In this document: in pieces, positions 1-9,467 of the stretch
Numbering within the stretch: the first letter of the stretch is position 1
Layout of the letters: each line of letters starts with the position of its first letter
From: a virus
Length of the DNA stretch: 45,975 bases
IMG/VR virus record: IMGVR_UViG_3300029305_000912
Reading direction: 5' to 3' (one strand)
Program-made: the position numbers and the translations under genes
The notes under the pieces: generated by a model
The model's input: the letters and a program-made list of their open reading frames with translations, nothing else
What the model was told of the DNA's origin: nothing
Database searches by the model: none

Positions 1-127
1 TGTCCCCATTATTACTGGTAAAGTGGATGACGATCCATTCAATTATGTCAGGATTTCTGATACAACCATAATTACTTTTGTTGGCAAGATTCGTTTTAAT
101 CGGTACCATCTGCATCACAACCTTCTG
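1..127. repeat. Terminal direct repeat, identical to 45849-45975. It is either an assembly overlap of a circular genome or a short terminal redundancy. Unit length is 45,848 bp.
   Basis: Read directly. Both copies run tgtccccattattactgg...catcacaaccttctg. The repeat covers the endolysin 5' end and the holin 3' end, so the lysis cassette is continuous only after circularisation. Confidence 0.95.
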
Positions 128-359
128 TGATTGCGTCATATGCTTCCTGTACGTCAATGACAGCGTTTTTCACACCTTCTGCGTCCACTCTACCTTCCAT
201 GATGATATACGTCACCACAGATGCTACAGTGACCACAGCACCAGAAACAGTGCTGACAACGGTTTCGTCCAGACCAAACACCATGGAAAGACCTGTGACA
301 ATACCAACTACTGCCGCCCAAAACTTTCTGGAAGTCAGCTTCACAAGAATGTTATTCAT
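96..359 (-). CDS. Holin-like small membrane protein, immediately upstream of the endolysin across the circular junction
   Basis: 87 aa with hydrophobic helices FWAAVVGIVTGLSMVFGL and VSGAVVTVASVVTYII and an acidic tail. The stop overlaps the endolysin start (pos 118 = 45966). It occupies the holin position of Xkd-type lysis cassettes. Confidence 0.6.
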   Translation of the reverse strand: MNNILVKLTSRKFWAAVVGIVTGLSMVFGLDETVVSTVSGAVVTVASVVTYIIMEGRVDAEGVKNAVIDVQEAYDAITEGCDADGTD

Positions 360-615
360 GAAAATCTTCCCCTTTCACATCATTGTAAATTTCGGATCCG
401 TACTTTTTCCGCAGTTTGATTTCATTTTCTTTTTTTGCTTTGGAATAATAAAACCCTGCCGCAGTACCAAAGGTACCAAATGTGGCAGGGATCAAATATA
501 CCAAAGGATCAAGGTTTTCGGTTTTATACACCATGTAAAGTGTGAATGCCGTGATCATAATGACCACGGCACCCGTAAACAACATAATGACTTTTGAAAA
601 TTCGACCTTTTTCAT
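352..615 (-). CDS. Second holin-like membrane protein (2 TM helices plus a charged C-terminal tail)
   Basis: 87 aa. TM helices are VIMLFTGAVVIMITAFTLYMVY and LIPATFGTFGTAAGFYY, followed by a Lys/Glu-rich tail. It overlaps both neighbours by a few nt. Confidence 0.55.
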   Translation of the reverse strand: MKKVEFSKVIMLFTGAVVIMITAFTLYMVYKTENLDPLVYLIPATFGTFGTAAGFYYSKAKKENEIKLRKKYGSEIYNDVKGEDFHE

Positions 616-839
616 TGATGTTTGTGATAACTTTCAAGGTCTTCAATACGATGGTTGATGACCTTGATTTGTTCTTCTACAACAGGCATTCTTTTTGCAA
701 AGTTGTTGTGTTCCCTGACTTCACGGGTCAGTTCTTCCATTTTCGTTTCAGTCACTGCCTGTGCTTTACTATTGGAAATCAGAACACCAATCAACGTCAA
801 ACCGCCTGAAATCAACGCAGTGATGATTGTTTCAATCAT
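612..839 (-). CDS. BhlA/UviB- or XhlA-like lysis accessory protein (N-terminal membrane anchor plus coiled coil)
   Basis: The ATG at 839 overlaps the upstream stop (ATGA). The protein has the TM IITALISGGLTLIGVLI followed by a charged helix, EELTREVREHNNFAKRMPVVEEQIKVINHRIEDLE. I prefer this start to the track start at 863 because of the coupling. Confidence 0.45.
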   Translation of the reverse strand: MIETIITALISGGLTLIGVLISNSKAQAVTETKMEELTREVREHNNFAKRMPVVEEQIKVINHRIEDLESYHKHQ

Positions 840-1297
840 GCGTCCACCGTCACTTTCTCCCATCCCTGCGCATATGCGGACGGTGCAAGAACGTTATTGT
901 TAATCTTGGAACGGAAGATTTCATCACCTTCCGTACAACAGTTACCTGTCATATAGGGTGAAGTGGAAAGTGCAACGAAGGGTTTTGCATGGGCAGGATC
1001 ATTCGACCAGACGAAACCGAACTGTGCAGGAAGTTCTTCAGGTTCCTGTGTGAAAGTCGTGCTGTCATAATTCTGAATCAGACGCACAACGCGACCTGCG
1101 GAAGATTTACAAACGAAACCGACAGGTCTGTTCAGCATATTCATCTTTTTAACTGCCGCTTTGAAATCAGGGATATACATAGATTCACTGTTCAGTTCCG
1201 CACCAGTCATTTCTGCGGAACGGGTCTGTACTGACTGTGCCGCAAGTTTACCAGAACGTCGCATGGTTTCCAGAACAAATTCTTTGTTTGTCATCAT
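836..1297 (-). CDS. Hypothetical protein between the tail-fibre and lysis genes
   Basis: 153-aa ORF, translationally coupled on both sides. I recognise no motif. Confidence 0.5.
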   Translation of the reverse strand: MMTNKEFVLETMRRSGKLAAQSVQTRSAEMTGAELNSESMYIPDFKAAVKKMNMLNRPVGFVCKSSAGRVVRLIQNYDSTTFTQEPEELPAQFGFVWSNDPAHAKPFVALSTSPYMTGNCCTEGDEIFRSKINNNVLAPSAYAQGWEKVTVDA

Positions 1298-1611
1298 ACT
1301 TCATTCACCCCTTCTGTGATTGCTTCTGCCATAGAATCCCAAGTGACATCATCCGTTTCAGGTTCCACGGGTTCAGGATGTTCTTCCAAAGCTTTCTCAT
1401 ATGCTTCCAAAGCTTTCTCATATGCTTCTTGATTTGCAGTCATTGATGTGACAACATCATTTTCTACATCAATGAACACAAAAGGATAAGTGTGGGGAAT
1501 ATCCACATCTTCTGGAATGATTGCATAACCTTTGGGTAACGGAATAACACCATTGACATTCTGGTTGTCATGCGCTCCATTTTCATAAGGTTCAATTTTG
1601 ATAATATGCAT
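1294..1611 (-). CDS. Acidic hypothetical protein downstream of the tail fibre (XkdW position; possible fibre assembly factor)
   Basis: 105 aa with an acidic C-terminus. It contains a perfect EAYEKAL-EAYEKAL duplication. The call rests on position only. Confidence 0.4.
   Translation of the reverse strand: MHIIKIEPYENGAHDNQNVNGVIPLPKGYAIIPEDVDIPHTYPFVFIDVENDVVTSMTANQEAYEKALEAYEKALEEHPEPVEPETDDVTWDSMAEAITEGVNEV
1384..1425. repeat. Perfect 21-bp tandem duplication (ttccaaagctttctcatatgc x2) inside the CDS 1294..1611
   Basis: Read directly. It encodes the duplicated heptapeptide EAYEKAL. Confidence 0.95.
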
Positions 1612-1629
1612 ATTGTTTACACCCCCTCA

Positions 1630-3390
1630 TTAACCAAGTCCACCATAAAAATAGGTACAAAAAGAACTGTCTAGCAAGGTCTGGTCACTGGTGCCAAGTT
1701 GTACGTTATTACCATCCCACGTTGCTGTTACTTCAACGGCAGTTGTAGTGGTGCTATTACCACCACTTCCCTTAACAGTAACTACCTTTATTTTCGGAAC
1801 ACCGTTTACAAAAAGCATCGCATAACCACCCGTTGTACTTGAAGTCGATTGCTGTGCGCTACATAGAAATACAATTTTGGGTTCGAATGAAAATGTCAGT
1901 GTTTTACCAACATAATAAGTAGTAGTAGAAGTAGAACCACGGTAAGTACCAGTTTCAACCTTTGCACTACTAAGGTGTGAACTTAACGATGCGGCAAGTG
2001 TGTCCAAACCACTGGTGATATCAGAACCACTATGTGTGTGATCACTTTCCGAATACGTGACGTTCTTAGTGCTTCCCATGCTGATGGTTCCTGCACTGTT
2101 GTCAAAGTAAGTATTTGCGACAAACATATTGTTTTTGGGTGTGGTACCAACATAGATTGCAAAGTTACCGTTTCCGTTGCAGGTGTTGCCGCAGATCACG
2201 TTGTTGTCACCACGGGTAATATAAATACCACACTGTGCGTTGTAATTGCAGACGTTACCCACAAATGTTGATTCATTGCAATTCTCAAACTTGATACCAC
2301 TGTCAGCACAATTTTCAATCACATTACTGTTGAACACAATATCTTCCACGTTGTACAAATATACACCTACGGATTGTGCTTCTTCAATTCTGTTGTTGGT
2401 AACTGCCGCTTTTGTACAGTCGAACAGGTACAGACCTTGGAAACAGTTGATAATAACATTGTTGTCAATGGTGTGATAGTTACCGACAGCATAAATACCA
2501 TCACCAGTGCAATTCACAATGGTATTGTCTGCAATGATGCAATTGTCACCTTCTGCAAGGTTGATCGCATTGTTTGCCGTATAAGTACCATTCATGCAGT
2601 CAATGTGCAGATTTCTGACGGTGCAGTAAGATTTGTTGATCAGAATCAGTCCCTGATCAGGGGAATATTCGTCATCGTTGAAGGCACGGATGATTTTTGT
2701 ATTAGCACCGTTACCAGTCAATGTGATGCCTTCTTTGTTCATCAGAATCTGACTTGACAACTGGTAAACACCATCCAGAAGGACAATTTCACCGCCTGTA
2801 CTGCGCAACGTCTGAATTGCGGCATTGATTTCCACTTCATCAGCAGTACCGTCACACAGGAAGTCACAGTCAGAAGCAGTCCAACCATACTGACTGGAAC
2901 CGATACTGACGCGGACGGTACGTTTACCACCGATTTGGGGCAACTGCGAAGAAGGAACTTTTCCGTCAGAACCAAGTGTAGACACACCACCTGCCGCGCC
3001 TTTTTCACTTGTAGGAATGAAGTTCATATTAGGAAATGAAATTTCAGGAAGTTGCGAAGAAGGAACCTTTCCGTCAGTTCCCAAAGTTGCAACACCACTT
3101 GCCTTTCCTTTTTCACTTGTAGGAATATAATTTAAATTGGGCAACTGCGAAGAAGGAACTTTACCATCCGTTCCAAGGCTTGCAACACCACTTGCGACAC
3201 CCTTTTCACTTGTAGGAATATAATTCAGATCAGGAAGTTGATTTGAAAGAACTTTTCCATCATCACCTAACGTTGCACGTTTGTGTAATTCGGCATCAAT
3301 GATGTCCATATTGGAATTGTGTTCATCGATGTCATAAAATTCTTCCTGAAACGGTTTGCGCAAATTATAATTTTCAGTCCAATTAGGCAT
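1630..3390 (-). CDS. Tail fibre / receptor-binding protein with N-terminal tandem repeats and a right-handed beta-helix (pectate-lyase-like, possible depolymerase) domain
   Basis: 586 aa. It has three ~31-aa repeats (NYIPTSEKG.ASGV..LG.DGKVPSSQLP). These are followed by periodic N/G/I/V-rich turns (NNVIINC, NNRIEEA, SNVIENC, GNVCNYN, GNTCNGN) typical of a parallel beta-helix, and then a Ser/Thr-rich C-terminal domain. It sits at the XkdV position. Confidence 0.8.
   Translation of the reverse strand: MPNWTENYNLRKPFQEEFYDIDEHNSNMDIIDAELHKRATLGDDGKVLSNQLPDLNYIPTSEKGVASGVASLGTDGKVPSSQLPNLNYIPTSEKGKASGVATLGTDGKVPSSQLPEISFPNMNFIPTSEKGAAGGVSTLGSDGKVPSSQLPQIGGKRTVRVSIGSSQYGWTASDCDFLCDGTADEVEINAAIQTLRSTGGEIVLLDGVYQLSSQILMNKEGITLTGNGANTKIIRAFNDDEYSPDQGLILINKSYCTVRNLHIDCMNGTYTANNAINLAEGDNCIIADNTIVNCTGDGIYAVGNYHTIDNNVIINCFQGLYLFDCTKAAVTNNRIEEAQSVGVYLYNVEDIVFNSNVIENCADSGIKFENCNESTFVGNVCNYNAQCGIYITRGDNNVICGNTCNGNGNFAIYVGTTPKNNMFVANTYFDNSAGTISMGSTKNVTYSESDHTHSGSDITSGLDTLAASLSSHLSSAKVETGTYRGSTSTTTYYVGKTLTFSFEPKIVFLCSAQQSTSSTTGGYAMLFVNGVPKIKVVTVKGSGGNSTTTTAVEVTATWDGNNVQLGTSDQTLLDSSFCTYFYGGLG
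2940..3240. repeat. Three tandem ~93-bp DNA repeats encoding the tail-fibre N-terminal peptide repeats
   Basis: The block ...ctgcgaagaaggaac.tt.cc.tc...cttttcacttgtaggaat... recurs three times with point differences. Confidence 0.85.
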
Positions 3391-3937
3391 CAGTCAAAAC
3401 CTCGTTTCTAATAAATTCATGAGCATGTTGTGCAAGATCCATATGACGCAACTTACCAACCACACGATGCGGATTATACATAACACTAATGTATTGTGTC
3501 ATGTTAGCAGGAAGCATAGTTTTCAGCATCTTCTGTACTTCACCGTAATTATTGTGATTGCCAACCGCCAGTTTAATTTCGATGTGGTATTTGTTTGCTT
3601 GAAGATCAATCACAAATCCATCTACACCACAAAGAACCGTCAGAAATTCCTTCAGACGAGTCAAAGTATAGGGAAGTTCTTGATTCAAACGGGTCAGAAT
3701 GCGAAATTTCCGTTCATCCAACGTGTCTGTTGCCTTTGGAGAAATGCGAAGCATACGTTCCCACCGCATGACACCATATTCAGTTGCATCCAGAATAAAC
3801 TGATCCGCAAATGCTTGTTCTGTTGCTGACCAAAGTGCATCAATTTCAGGTTGTTCCGTATGCATGATTGACTTGATTTCCAGATATTCCTGCATATAAT
3901 GCGGAAGATAATCAATCAAAAATCTATCATTCGCCAT
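3383..3937 (-). CDS. XkdU/YmfQ-like (DUF2313) baseplate-associated tail protein
   Basis: 184 aa starting MANDRFLIDYLPHYMQEY. It directly follows baseplate J with a coupled overlap, as in PBSX-type tails. Confidence 0.6.
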   Translation of the reverse strand: MANDRFLIDYLPHYMQEYLEIKSIMHTEQPEIDALWSATEQAFADQFILDATEYGVMRWERMLRISPKATDTLDERKFRILTRLNQELPYTLTRLKEFLTVLCGVDGFVIDLQANKYHIEIKLAVGNHNNYGEVQKMLKTMLPANMTQYISVMYNPHRVVGKLRHMDLAQHAHEFIRNEVLTDA

Positions 3938-4994
3938 TTACAGTCCCCCTGACAGGTACCTGATTCCAAGTAAGAAGTAGATTGGAACCGACACCATTGA
4001 TGGTTGTATTTTCGATGTCAAGTACCGCTTCACAATCAAGAATTCTGGATTCCAACTGACTGATACGCACAAACAGGTTTTCGGAACCTTCCCACTGTTC
4101 ACGGATTTCCTGAAGATAGGTGTCAATAGCATCCAGAATGTAAGGTTTTGCAGATGTCCAGTCCCATCCTTCACGATAGGTCAAATCAGTTACGATGTTT
4201 ACCGTTACACCTTCAACACCTTCAACAGTCACAACATGACCGATAGGGGCAAAACCGTAACCAAGACCTTCATACGGATAAGGATCCGCTTCATTCTTGA
4301 CCATTTCAACCATTTCTTCAGACGGAACGTGAAATTCACTATCAATGAAGGTGATTTTTACAGTACCACCGCCATTCCAGACAGGTGTAATTTTTACACC
4401 ACCGATACCCTGAAGTGCGTTGACCTTTTCCATATAGTCGGCAATGTTGCCACCATATGCCTGTGAATCAAGGCTTGCAAGATATCTTGCGCGGAATGCT
4501 TCAACATCTTCATCATCTTCAGCAGGAATCAACAGTTCCGTCAGTTCGGCAGTTTTCAAACCACTGATATATTCAATAGGAATTAAAGTTCCAAGGTGTC
4601 TGTTACCTTCTGTACCTGCCGTTTCACATTCCATCTGATAAATACCGTCTTCCAGTTTTTCCGTGATAACATAGTTTAATTTGTCACAGGAAAAACGGGA
4701 ACCAATGGGAACACCCAAATCAATGGGTGTGAATGTACCCTGAAGAATTGCGTGTGTTGCCGCAATGGGATACATTCCGCGTTCTGCCGCACGTTTCTTC
4801 AGATAAAACATGGACGCAGTATCAGCAAAGGTTTCTTTCAGAATGACATCCAACTGAATGTACAGGTTTTGCAGTTCCACTGCGGCAGGTGCAATTGCGT
4901 CCCAAATGACGGATCCTTCACGTTTGTCCATGGATGACGGTACCCTTGCAAGCGCACGTTCCATGATCAAATCAAAGGTTATGTTTTCATACAT
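3927..4994 (-). CDS. Baseplate J-like protein (XkdT-like)
   Basis: 355 aa starting MYENITFDLIMERALARVPSSMDKREGSVIWDAIAPAAVEL, which is typical of the baseplate J family. Size and position match XkdT. Confidence 0.8.
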   Translation of the reverse strand: MYENITFDLIMERALARVPSSMDKREGSVIWDAIAPAAVELQNLYIQLDVILKETFADTASMFYLKKRAAERGMYPIAATHAILQGTFTPIDLGVPIGSRFSCDKLNYVITEKLEDGIYQMECETAGTEGNRHLGTLIPIEYISGLKTAELTELLIPAEDDEDVEAFRARYLASLDSQAYGGNIADYMEKVNALQGIGGVKITPVWNGGGTVKITFIDSEFHVPSEEMVEMVKNEADPYPYEGLGYGFAPIGHVVTVEGVEGVTVNIVTDLTYREGWDWTSAKPYILDAIDTYLQEIREQWEGSENLFVRISQLESRILDCEAVLDIENTTINGVGSNLLLTWNQVPVRGTVNGE

Positions 4995-5398
4995 CAGATA
5001 TTCACCACCATTTCTTCTTCCAAATCACCAACAATGGTGTGGACGGTAAATGATACCGCAACCACACCGCGTTTGGGAAAATCAAATTCAAAATTATCCA
5101 CTTCAATGATTCTGTCATCCTGAAGTAATGCTTCTTTCACCCTTCGTTCGATTTCAGGACACACATACCGCACAGGTTGACCAAACAGGTCTTCCAGTTC
5201 AATCCCATAATTCCAAGAATAGATGATATATGCGTATCGTTGCGTATTCAGGATCTTGAAAATGGTTTGTTTGATAGCTTCCAAATTATCACAAGTTGCA
5301 ATAATTCTATTACCGTCCAGAATCATTGCATGTTGCTTGGAAGGCATTGTGACCACTTCCAAATCTGTGGTCAAAATTTGGTTTCCACTCGGAATCAT
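4994..5398 (-). CDS. XkdS-like (DUF2634) small baseplate protein
   Basis: 134 aa. Order and size match xkdS between xkdR and xkdT. Overlapping start and stop codons. Confidence 0.6.
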   Translation of the reverse strand: MIPSGNQILTTDLEVVTMPSKQHAMILDGNRIIATCDNLEAIKQTIFKILNTQRYAYIIYSWNYGIELEDLFGQPVRYVCPEIERRVKEALLQDDRIIEVDNFEFDFPKRGVVAVSFTVHTIVGDLEEEMVVNI

Positions 5399-5829
5399 TC
5401 AAGTTCCCCCTTTCCAATCCGATCCAGAACAACATATTTCTGTCCACCTGCAACCTGCATCAGAATCACTTCTTCTCCTGCTAACAGTTGATTGTGGACA
5501 ATAAATGTTTTCAAACCTTGGTATTTGTGATTATGTGCGGAAAAAGACGCATCACCAGAACCACCAGATTCATTTTCCGTGTAGTGTGGTGACGGTGATT
5601 TTCCAACTGACGTTTCCAGTTTGATTACATACTTCGTCACATCACGGGCAAGAACCAACTGTTTTTCTGTCAGGATCAACTTCTGGTCAACTTTTATTTT
5701 CAGGGGTTTTTCACTTAATACGGTACCAAAGACCACGTTTGCAGGTTTGGACGCTTCCACCGCTTCCACTGCCGCCTTTTTCATACTCTTCACGAAATCG
5801 TTATGATTAAGCAATGAATTCACCCCCAC
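5395..5829 (-). CDS. XkdR-like (DUF2577) baseplate/spike-associated protein
   Basis: 144 aa containing ...VVFGTVLSEKPLKIKVDQKLILTEKQLVLARDVT.... Position is between the XkdQ-like and XkdS-like genes. Confidence 0.55.
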   Translation of the reverse strand: MGVNSLLNHNDFVKSMKKAAVEAVEASKPANVVFGTVLSEKPLKIKVDQKLILTEKQLVLARDVTKYVIKLETSVGKSPSPHYTENESGGSGDASFSAHNHKYQGLKTFIVHNQLLAGEEVILMQVAGGQKYVVLDRIGKGELE

Positions 5830-6766
5830 GAAGAACCAAATCCATCAAATGTTGATCGTTCTTGAAGGTGTGCGTTGCCTTTTCCACCAACATATAATTG
5901 GAAAGGTTGATATCACCAAGGTACAACTGCACGATGACCATGGTTCCTGCGCGGCACCGCACATCACCAAAACAATTGTTGAATTTTAGGTTTCTGGTTT
6001 TCTTGTTATACAGGGACAACAGTGCATTTGCCTTGTTTGCACCGTTTTCACCCTTCTGCAACTTTTCGTAATACTGAAGGATACCCCATTGATTTTCATG
6101 ACTGGAATCCTTTGCAATATACACTTCCCGTTCACCAGTTTCTTCATTGTCATATGTCAGTTTGATTCTGTCATATGTCTGATCATCAATACTGGACGTG
6201 TAATCAAAATCTTCCGCGGCATCTTCATTCAACAGAATATCCAGTTTCATGGATGCAATGTTTTGTAATGTCAGACTTCCAAAATCATCATACAGACAAT
6301 ACAATTCACCCTTGTGTTGCAATTCCAAATCAAGTGCGTTCTGAATGATGTCAAACAGACTTTGGTTGTCTTCCACACGGGATTCAATTACATAACTGGT
6401 TCCTTCGATTTTTCCAAGGTTTAGATTGAAGTCCTTTGCAATCATGGAAATGACTTGTGATGCGGTTTTGTTTTCATACACATATGTGTCTTTATTCTTC
6501 AGATAACGCAACTGGTCATAAGCAGTCACTTCAATATGATGTTCTTTATTGCGTTTCTTCTTGAATACAAATCCGAAGAAGACGTTCTTTCCGTCCATCT
6601 TCATTCGCACCGCATCACCTTCTTCAAAGGCAATGTCCTGATCTTTGACAACTGTGAATTTCAGTGTGGAAGGGGATCCAGACCGTTCCGTTGTCCACTG
6701 AATCCCTTCTTCCACTAACGGTTGATACAGTTTGCCATTATGACTGATTAAAAGTTCAACGTTCAT
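5807..6766 (-). CDS. XkdQ/YqbQ-like baseplate hub-associated protein (late control gpD-like)
   Basis: 319 aa. It follows the LysM protein and precedes the DUF2577-like gene. Size and order match xkdQ. Confidence 0.6.
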   Translation of the reverse strand: MNVELLISHNGKLYQPLVEEGIQWTTERSGSPSTLKFTVVKDQDIAFEEGDAVRMKMDGKNVFFGFVFKKKRNKEHHIEVTAYDQLRYLKNKDTYVYENKTASQVISMIAKDFNLNLGKIEGTSYVIESRVEDNQSLFDIIQNALDLELQHKGELYCLYDDFGSLTLQNIASMKLDILLNEDAAEDFDYTSSIDDQTYDRIKLTYDNEETGEREVYIAKDSSHENQWGILQYYEKLQKGENGANKANALLSLYNKKTRNLKFNNCFGDVRCRAGTMVIVQLYLGDINLSNYMLVEKATHTFKNDQHLMDLVLRGGEFIA

Positions 6767-6779
6767 GTTGCCACCGCCT

Positions 6780-7442
6780 TTATGCTGAAGGAATCGTCAA
6801 GACCTGATCAGGATAAATCAAATTGGGATTTGTGATCTTGTCTTTATTCGCATCATAAATTTTGGTGTACATGGCACCGTTACCATATAACTTCTTTGCA
6901 ATGTTCCAAAGACAATCACCCTTTTTTACGGTATAAGTGGTGTTTTTCTTTGGTGCAGGGGAATTGGTAACAGGTCTTTGATCAGTCACATTTGCTTTGT
7001 TATTGGATACCTTGACAAGTTTGGTTCCATATGCTTTGTACTGTTTCAGCTTGATGGAAACAATCAAATCAAACCCTTCGTTTGCCTGTTCTTTGACCGT
7101 GTAACTTTCCATGGAAACGGTCATGTTGTTGTCAAAGATCAACTTTCCATCAGGCATCTGACGGGAAACGATGAACTGAAACGGTTCCTTTGATGTTTTC
7201 AGACTTTCGAAATGGTTTGTATAATACGCAGGTGATTTGAATCCACCGTCATACTGTGCAAACGCATATTGAACCGCAGGGATTAACGCATCAAATTCCA
7301 GTTCCGTCAATCCTGCCTGACGTAAAAAGTTCACTTCCCCTTCATTGATCAGAGTCATGGTCTTGTTTGCGTTCTTGACCTTTAGCGTGAACTTTTCAGG
7401 GGCAATGGGAAGAAGTACACTTCCCATGTAAAAATAATACAT
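6780..7442 (-). CDS. LysM-domain tail protein (XkdP-like)
   Basis: The C-terminal sequence YTVKKGDCLWNIAKKLYGNGAMYTKIYDANKDKITNPNLIYPDQVLTIP is a canonical LysM motif. The gene lies immediately after the tape measure. Confidence 0.85.
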   Translation of the reverse strand: MYYFYMGSVLLPIAPEKFTLKVKNANKTMTLINEGEVNFLRQAGLTELEFDALIPAVQYAFAQYDGGFKSPAYYTNHFESLKTSKEPFQFIVSRQMPDGKLIFDNNMTVSMESYTVKEQANEGFDLIVSIKLKQYKAYGTKLVKVSNNKANVTDQRPVTNSPAPKKNTTYTVKKGDCLWNIAKKLYGNGAMYTKIYDANKDKITNPNLIYPDQVLTIPSA

Positions 7443-9448
7443 TAGCTATGCACTCCTTCCGCAGTACGTTCCATTGCTTCATTGATACCAGTTACCATGT
7501 AATCAATTACACCGTCAAGATCCATGTTACTGTTGACAGTGTTATTGATACCGCCCATATTCACAGAAATTTCAGCAGTGGTGAAACGGTTTATTGCTTC
7601 TTGTTCTGCAACGTCACGAAGATATTTCAGATCTTCATGGGTGATATCCAAAGAATCCTTGATGTCACCCGTATTACCTGCAATTTCATCAAATGCAGGA
7701 ACACTACCAATACCTTCCGTTAGCTTGTCAACTGAAAATTGATCACTAAGACCGCCACCGAACAAACCACCAATGGATTCTTCTACACTTTCACCCCAAC
7801 CATATCCAGTGTTATAAGCATCACTTGTTTGCCAAGAAAACTTTGTCTGTACATCCGAAAGTAAACCCTGAAGTTTTCCAGTCAGATCTGACTTTTCTTC
7901 ATAAGTTCCGTTTCCGTACTTTTCAACAAGTTCGTCTGCCTTTCCAGAAACACCATCCATCCAACCTTGAACGGCACCTGCAAGATTGCTTCCAAAAATC
8001 GCATCAATACCGTTTGCAATGGTTTTCAGAATTCCCAAAACAGTATTGGCAAGATCTTCGAACAGTCGGATAATCGTTGCAATCGGATCGTTGAAGATGT
8101 TTCCGAAGAAGTTTGCAAAATTGTCCCACGCCTGTGTAAGTGGTACCAAAACACTTTGAATGATTAAAGAAAGTAATGTCAAAAACAGATTCCAAATGAC
8201 GGAAACTGCCGCTGTCAGCACACCAAGGATGACACCAGTTGCGCTAATGGTTGTACCTTGAATTTTGTTGATTGCCGCAATGACTGCGTAAATCAATGCA
8301 ATAACTGCGATGATTGCAATGATGATCCAAGTGATCGGACACGCTAACAGTGCCGCATTGAAACCATGCTGTGCCGCAGTTGCCGCGAACGTTGCACCTG
8401 ATGCCATCATTGTGGAAGCGGCACGAACGGATTCAGCTAATGCGGTTCCCATTGCAATTCCTTTGTGGATCAGAAGTGCCGCAGTATACAAACCAATTGC
8501 CACCGCTACACCCATTACAATGGGTTCAAGGACTGACCAATTGTTCGCAAGAAGATTGATGAATTCCAACAGTGGAACGGAAGCATAATACAGTTCGTTC
8601 ATGATTCCCGTCCAGACCTGTCCCCAAGTCATGGGCATGGATTCAAACTGTGTGTTGATGTCATTCGTTGCACTAAGCAGGGCATTCTTCACAACATCAG
8701 CACTGATTTTACCGTCCTGTGCCAATGCACGTAATTTACCAATGGGAACATCCATGTAATCTGCGACAGTTTGCATGATGTTTGGTGCCGCTTCGAATAC
8801 GGCATTGAATTCTTCACCACGCAGAACACCAGAACCCAACGCCTGTGTCAACTGAAGTGACGCGGACGCAATGGACGCTTGTTCCGTTCCTGCAATGGCA
8901 AATAGTTTATTCAGGTTTTCGGCAAATAAAATGGTTTCATCGTTGGATTTAAACGCATCACCTGCATTCAATGACAGCTTTGCAACAATATCAGCAGTGT
9001 CGGCAACGCTTGCCCTTGAACGGTCAGCGGAAGCGGTTATTTTATCAAACAGTTCTTCCGTAGTCTGCGCACCGTCATTGATCATGTTCAAACGTGCTTG
9101 TGTCTGTGTAAAACTATCAGACAGATTCACCAGTTGTCCCAAAGACTGCAAACTAACGTAAGCACCAACCGCACCAATGATTGTATCTGTTAAACCATCC
9201 ATGGCAGTATTGCCCTGTTGGACTTTACGATTGAATTCTTCCTGTTCATCACCCATCTGATCCAATGCACGTGTTGCCTGATTCAATTCAGCACGAATCC
9301 CTTCAATACCGTTGGCATCCAAACCTTTTGAAGTTGCACCGTCCAAGGATTCCCACGTTGACAACATCATGTTCATTGCGTTGGTAATGCTCATGATGGG
9401 TGTTGACATCATGTCATTCAATCTGATTGCTGTTCCAATCGTTGACAT
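7442..9448 (-). CDS. Tail tape measure protein
   Basis: 668 aa. It has a helical Ala/Leu/Gln-rich N-terminal part and a central block of hydrophobic helices (ACPITWIIIAIIAVIALIYAVIAAI...). Position is after the frameshifted chaperone pair. Confidence 0.85.
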   Translation of the reverse strand: MSTIGTAIRLNDMMSTPIMSITNAMNMMLSTWESLDGATSKGLDANGIEGIRAELNQATRALDQMGDEQEEFNRKVQQGNTAMDGLTDTIIGAVGAYVSLQSLGQLVNLSDSFTQTQARLNMINDGAQTTEELFDKITASADRSRASVADTADIVAKLSLNAGDAFKSNDETILFAENLNKLFAIAGTEQASIASASLQLTQALGSGVLRGEEFNAVFEAAPNIMQTVADYMDVPIGKLRALAQDGKISADVVKNALLSATNDINTQFESMPMTWGQVWTGIMNELYYASVPLLEFINLLANNWSVLEPIVMGVAVAIGLYTAALLIHKGIAMGTALAESVRAASTMMASGATFAATAAQHGFNAALLACPITWIIIAIIAVIALIYAVIAAINKIQGTTISATGVILGVLTAAVSVIWNLFLTLLSLIIQSVLVPLTQAWDNFANFFGNIFNDPIATIIRLFEDLANTVLGILKTIANGIDAIFGSNLAGAVQGWMDGVSGKADELVEKYGNGTYEEKSDLTGKLQGLLSDVQTKFSWQTSDAYNTGYGWGESVEESIGGLFGGGLSDQFSVDKLTEGIGSVPAFDEIAGNTGDIKDSLDITHEDLKYLRDVAEQEAINRFTTAEISVNMGGINNTVNSNMDLDGVIDYMVTGINEAMERTAEGVHS

Positions 9449-9467
9449 CTTTATTCACCTGCCTTTC

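Noticed and set aside
4208-4228. caccttcaacaccttcaacag resembles the tandem reverse iteron caccttgaacaccttgaacac.
   Set aside because: It has C instead of G at the core position in both units. It lies inside the baseplate J coding sequence and simply encodes a VEGVEG repeat, so I judged it a coincidence.
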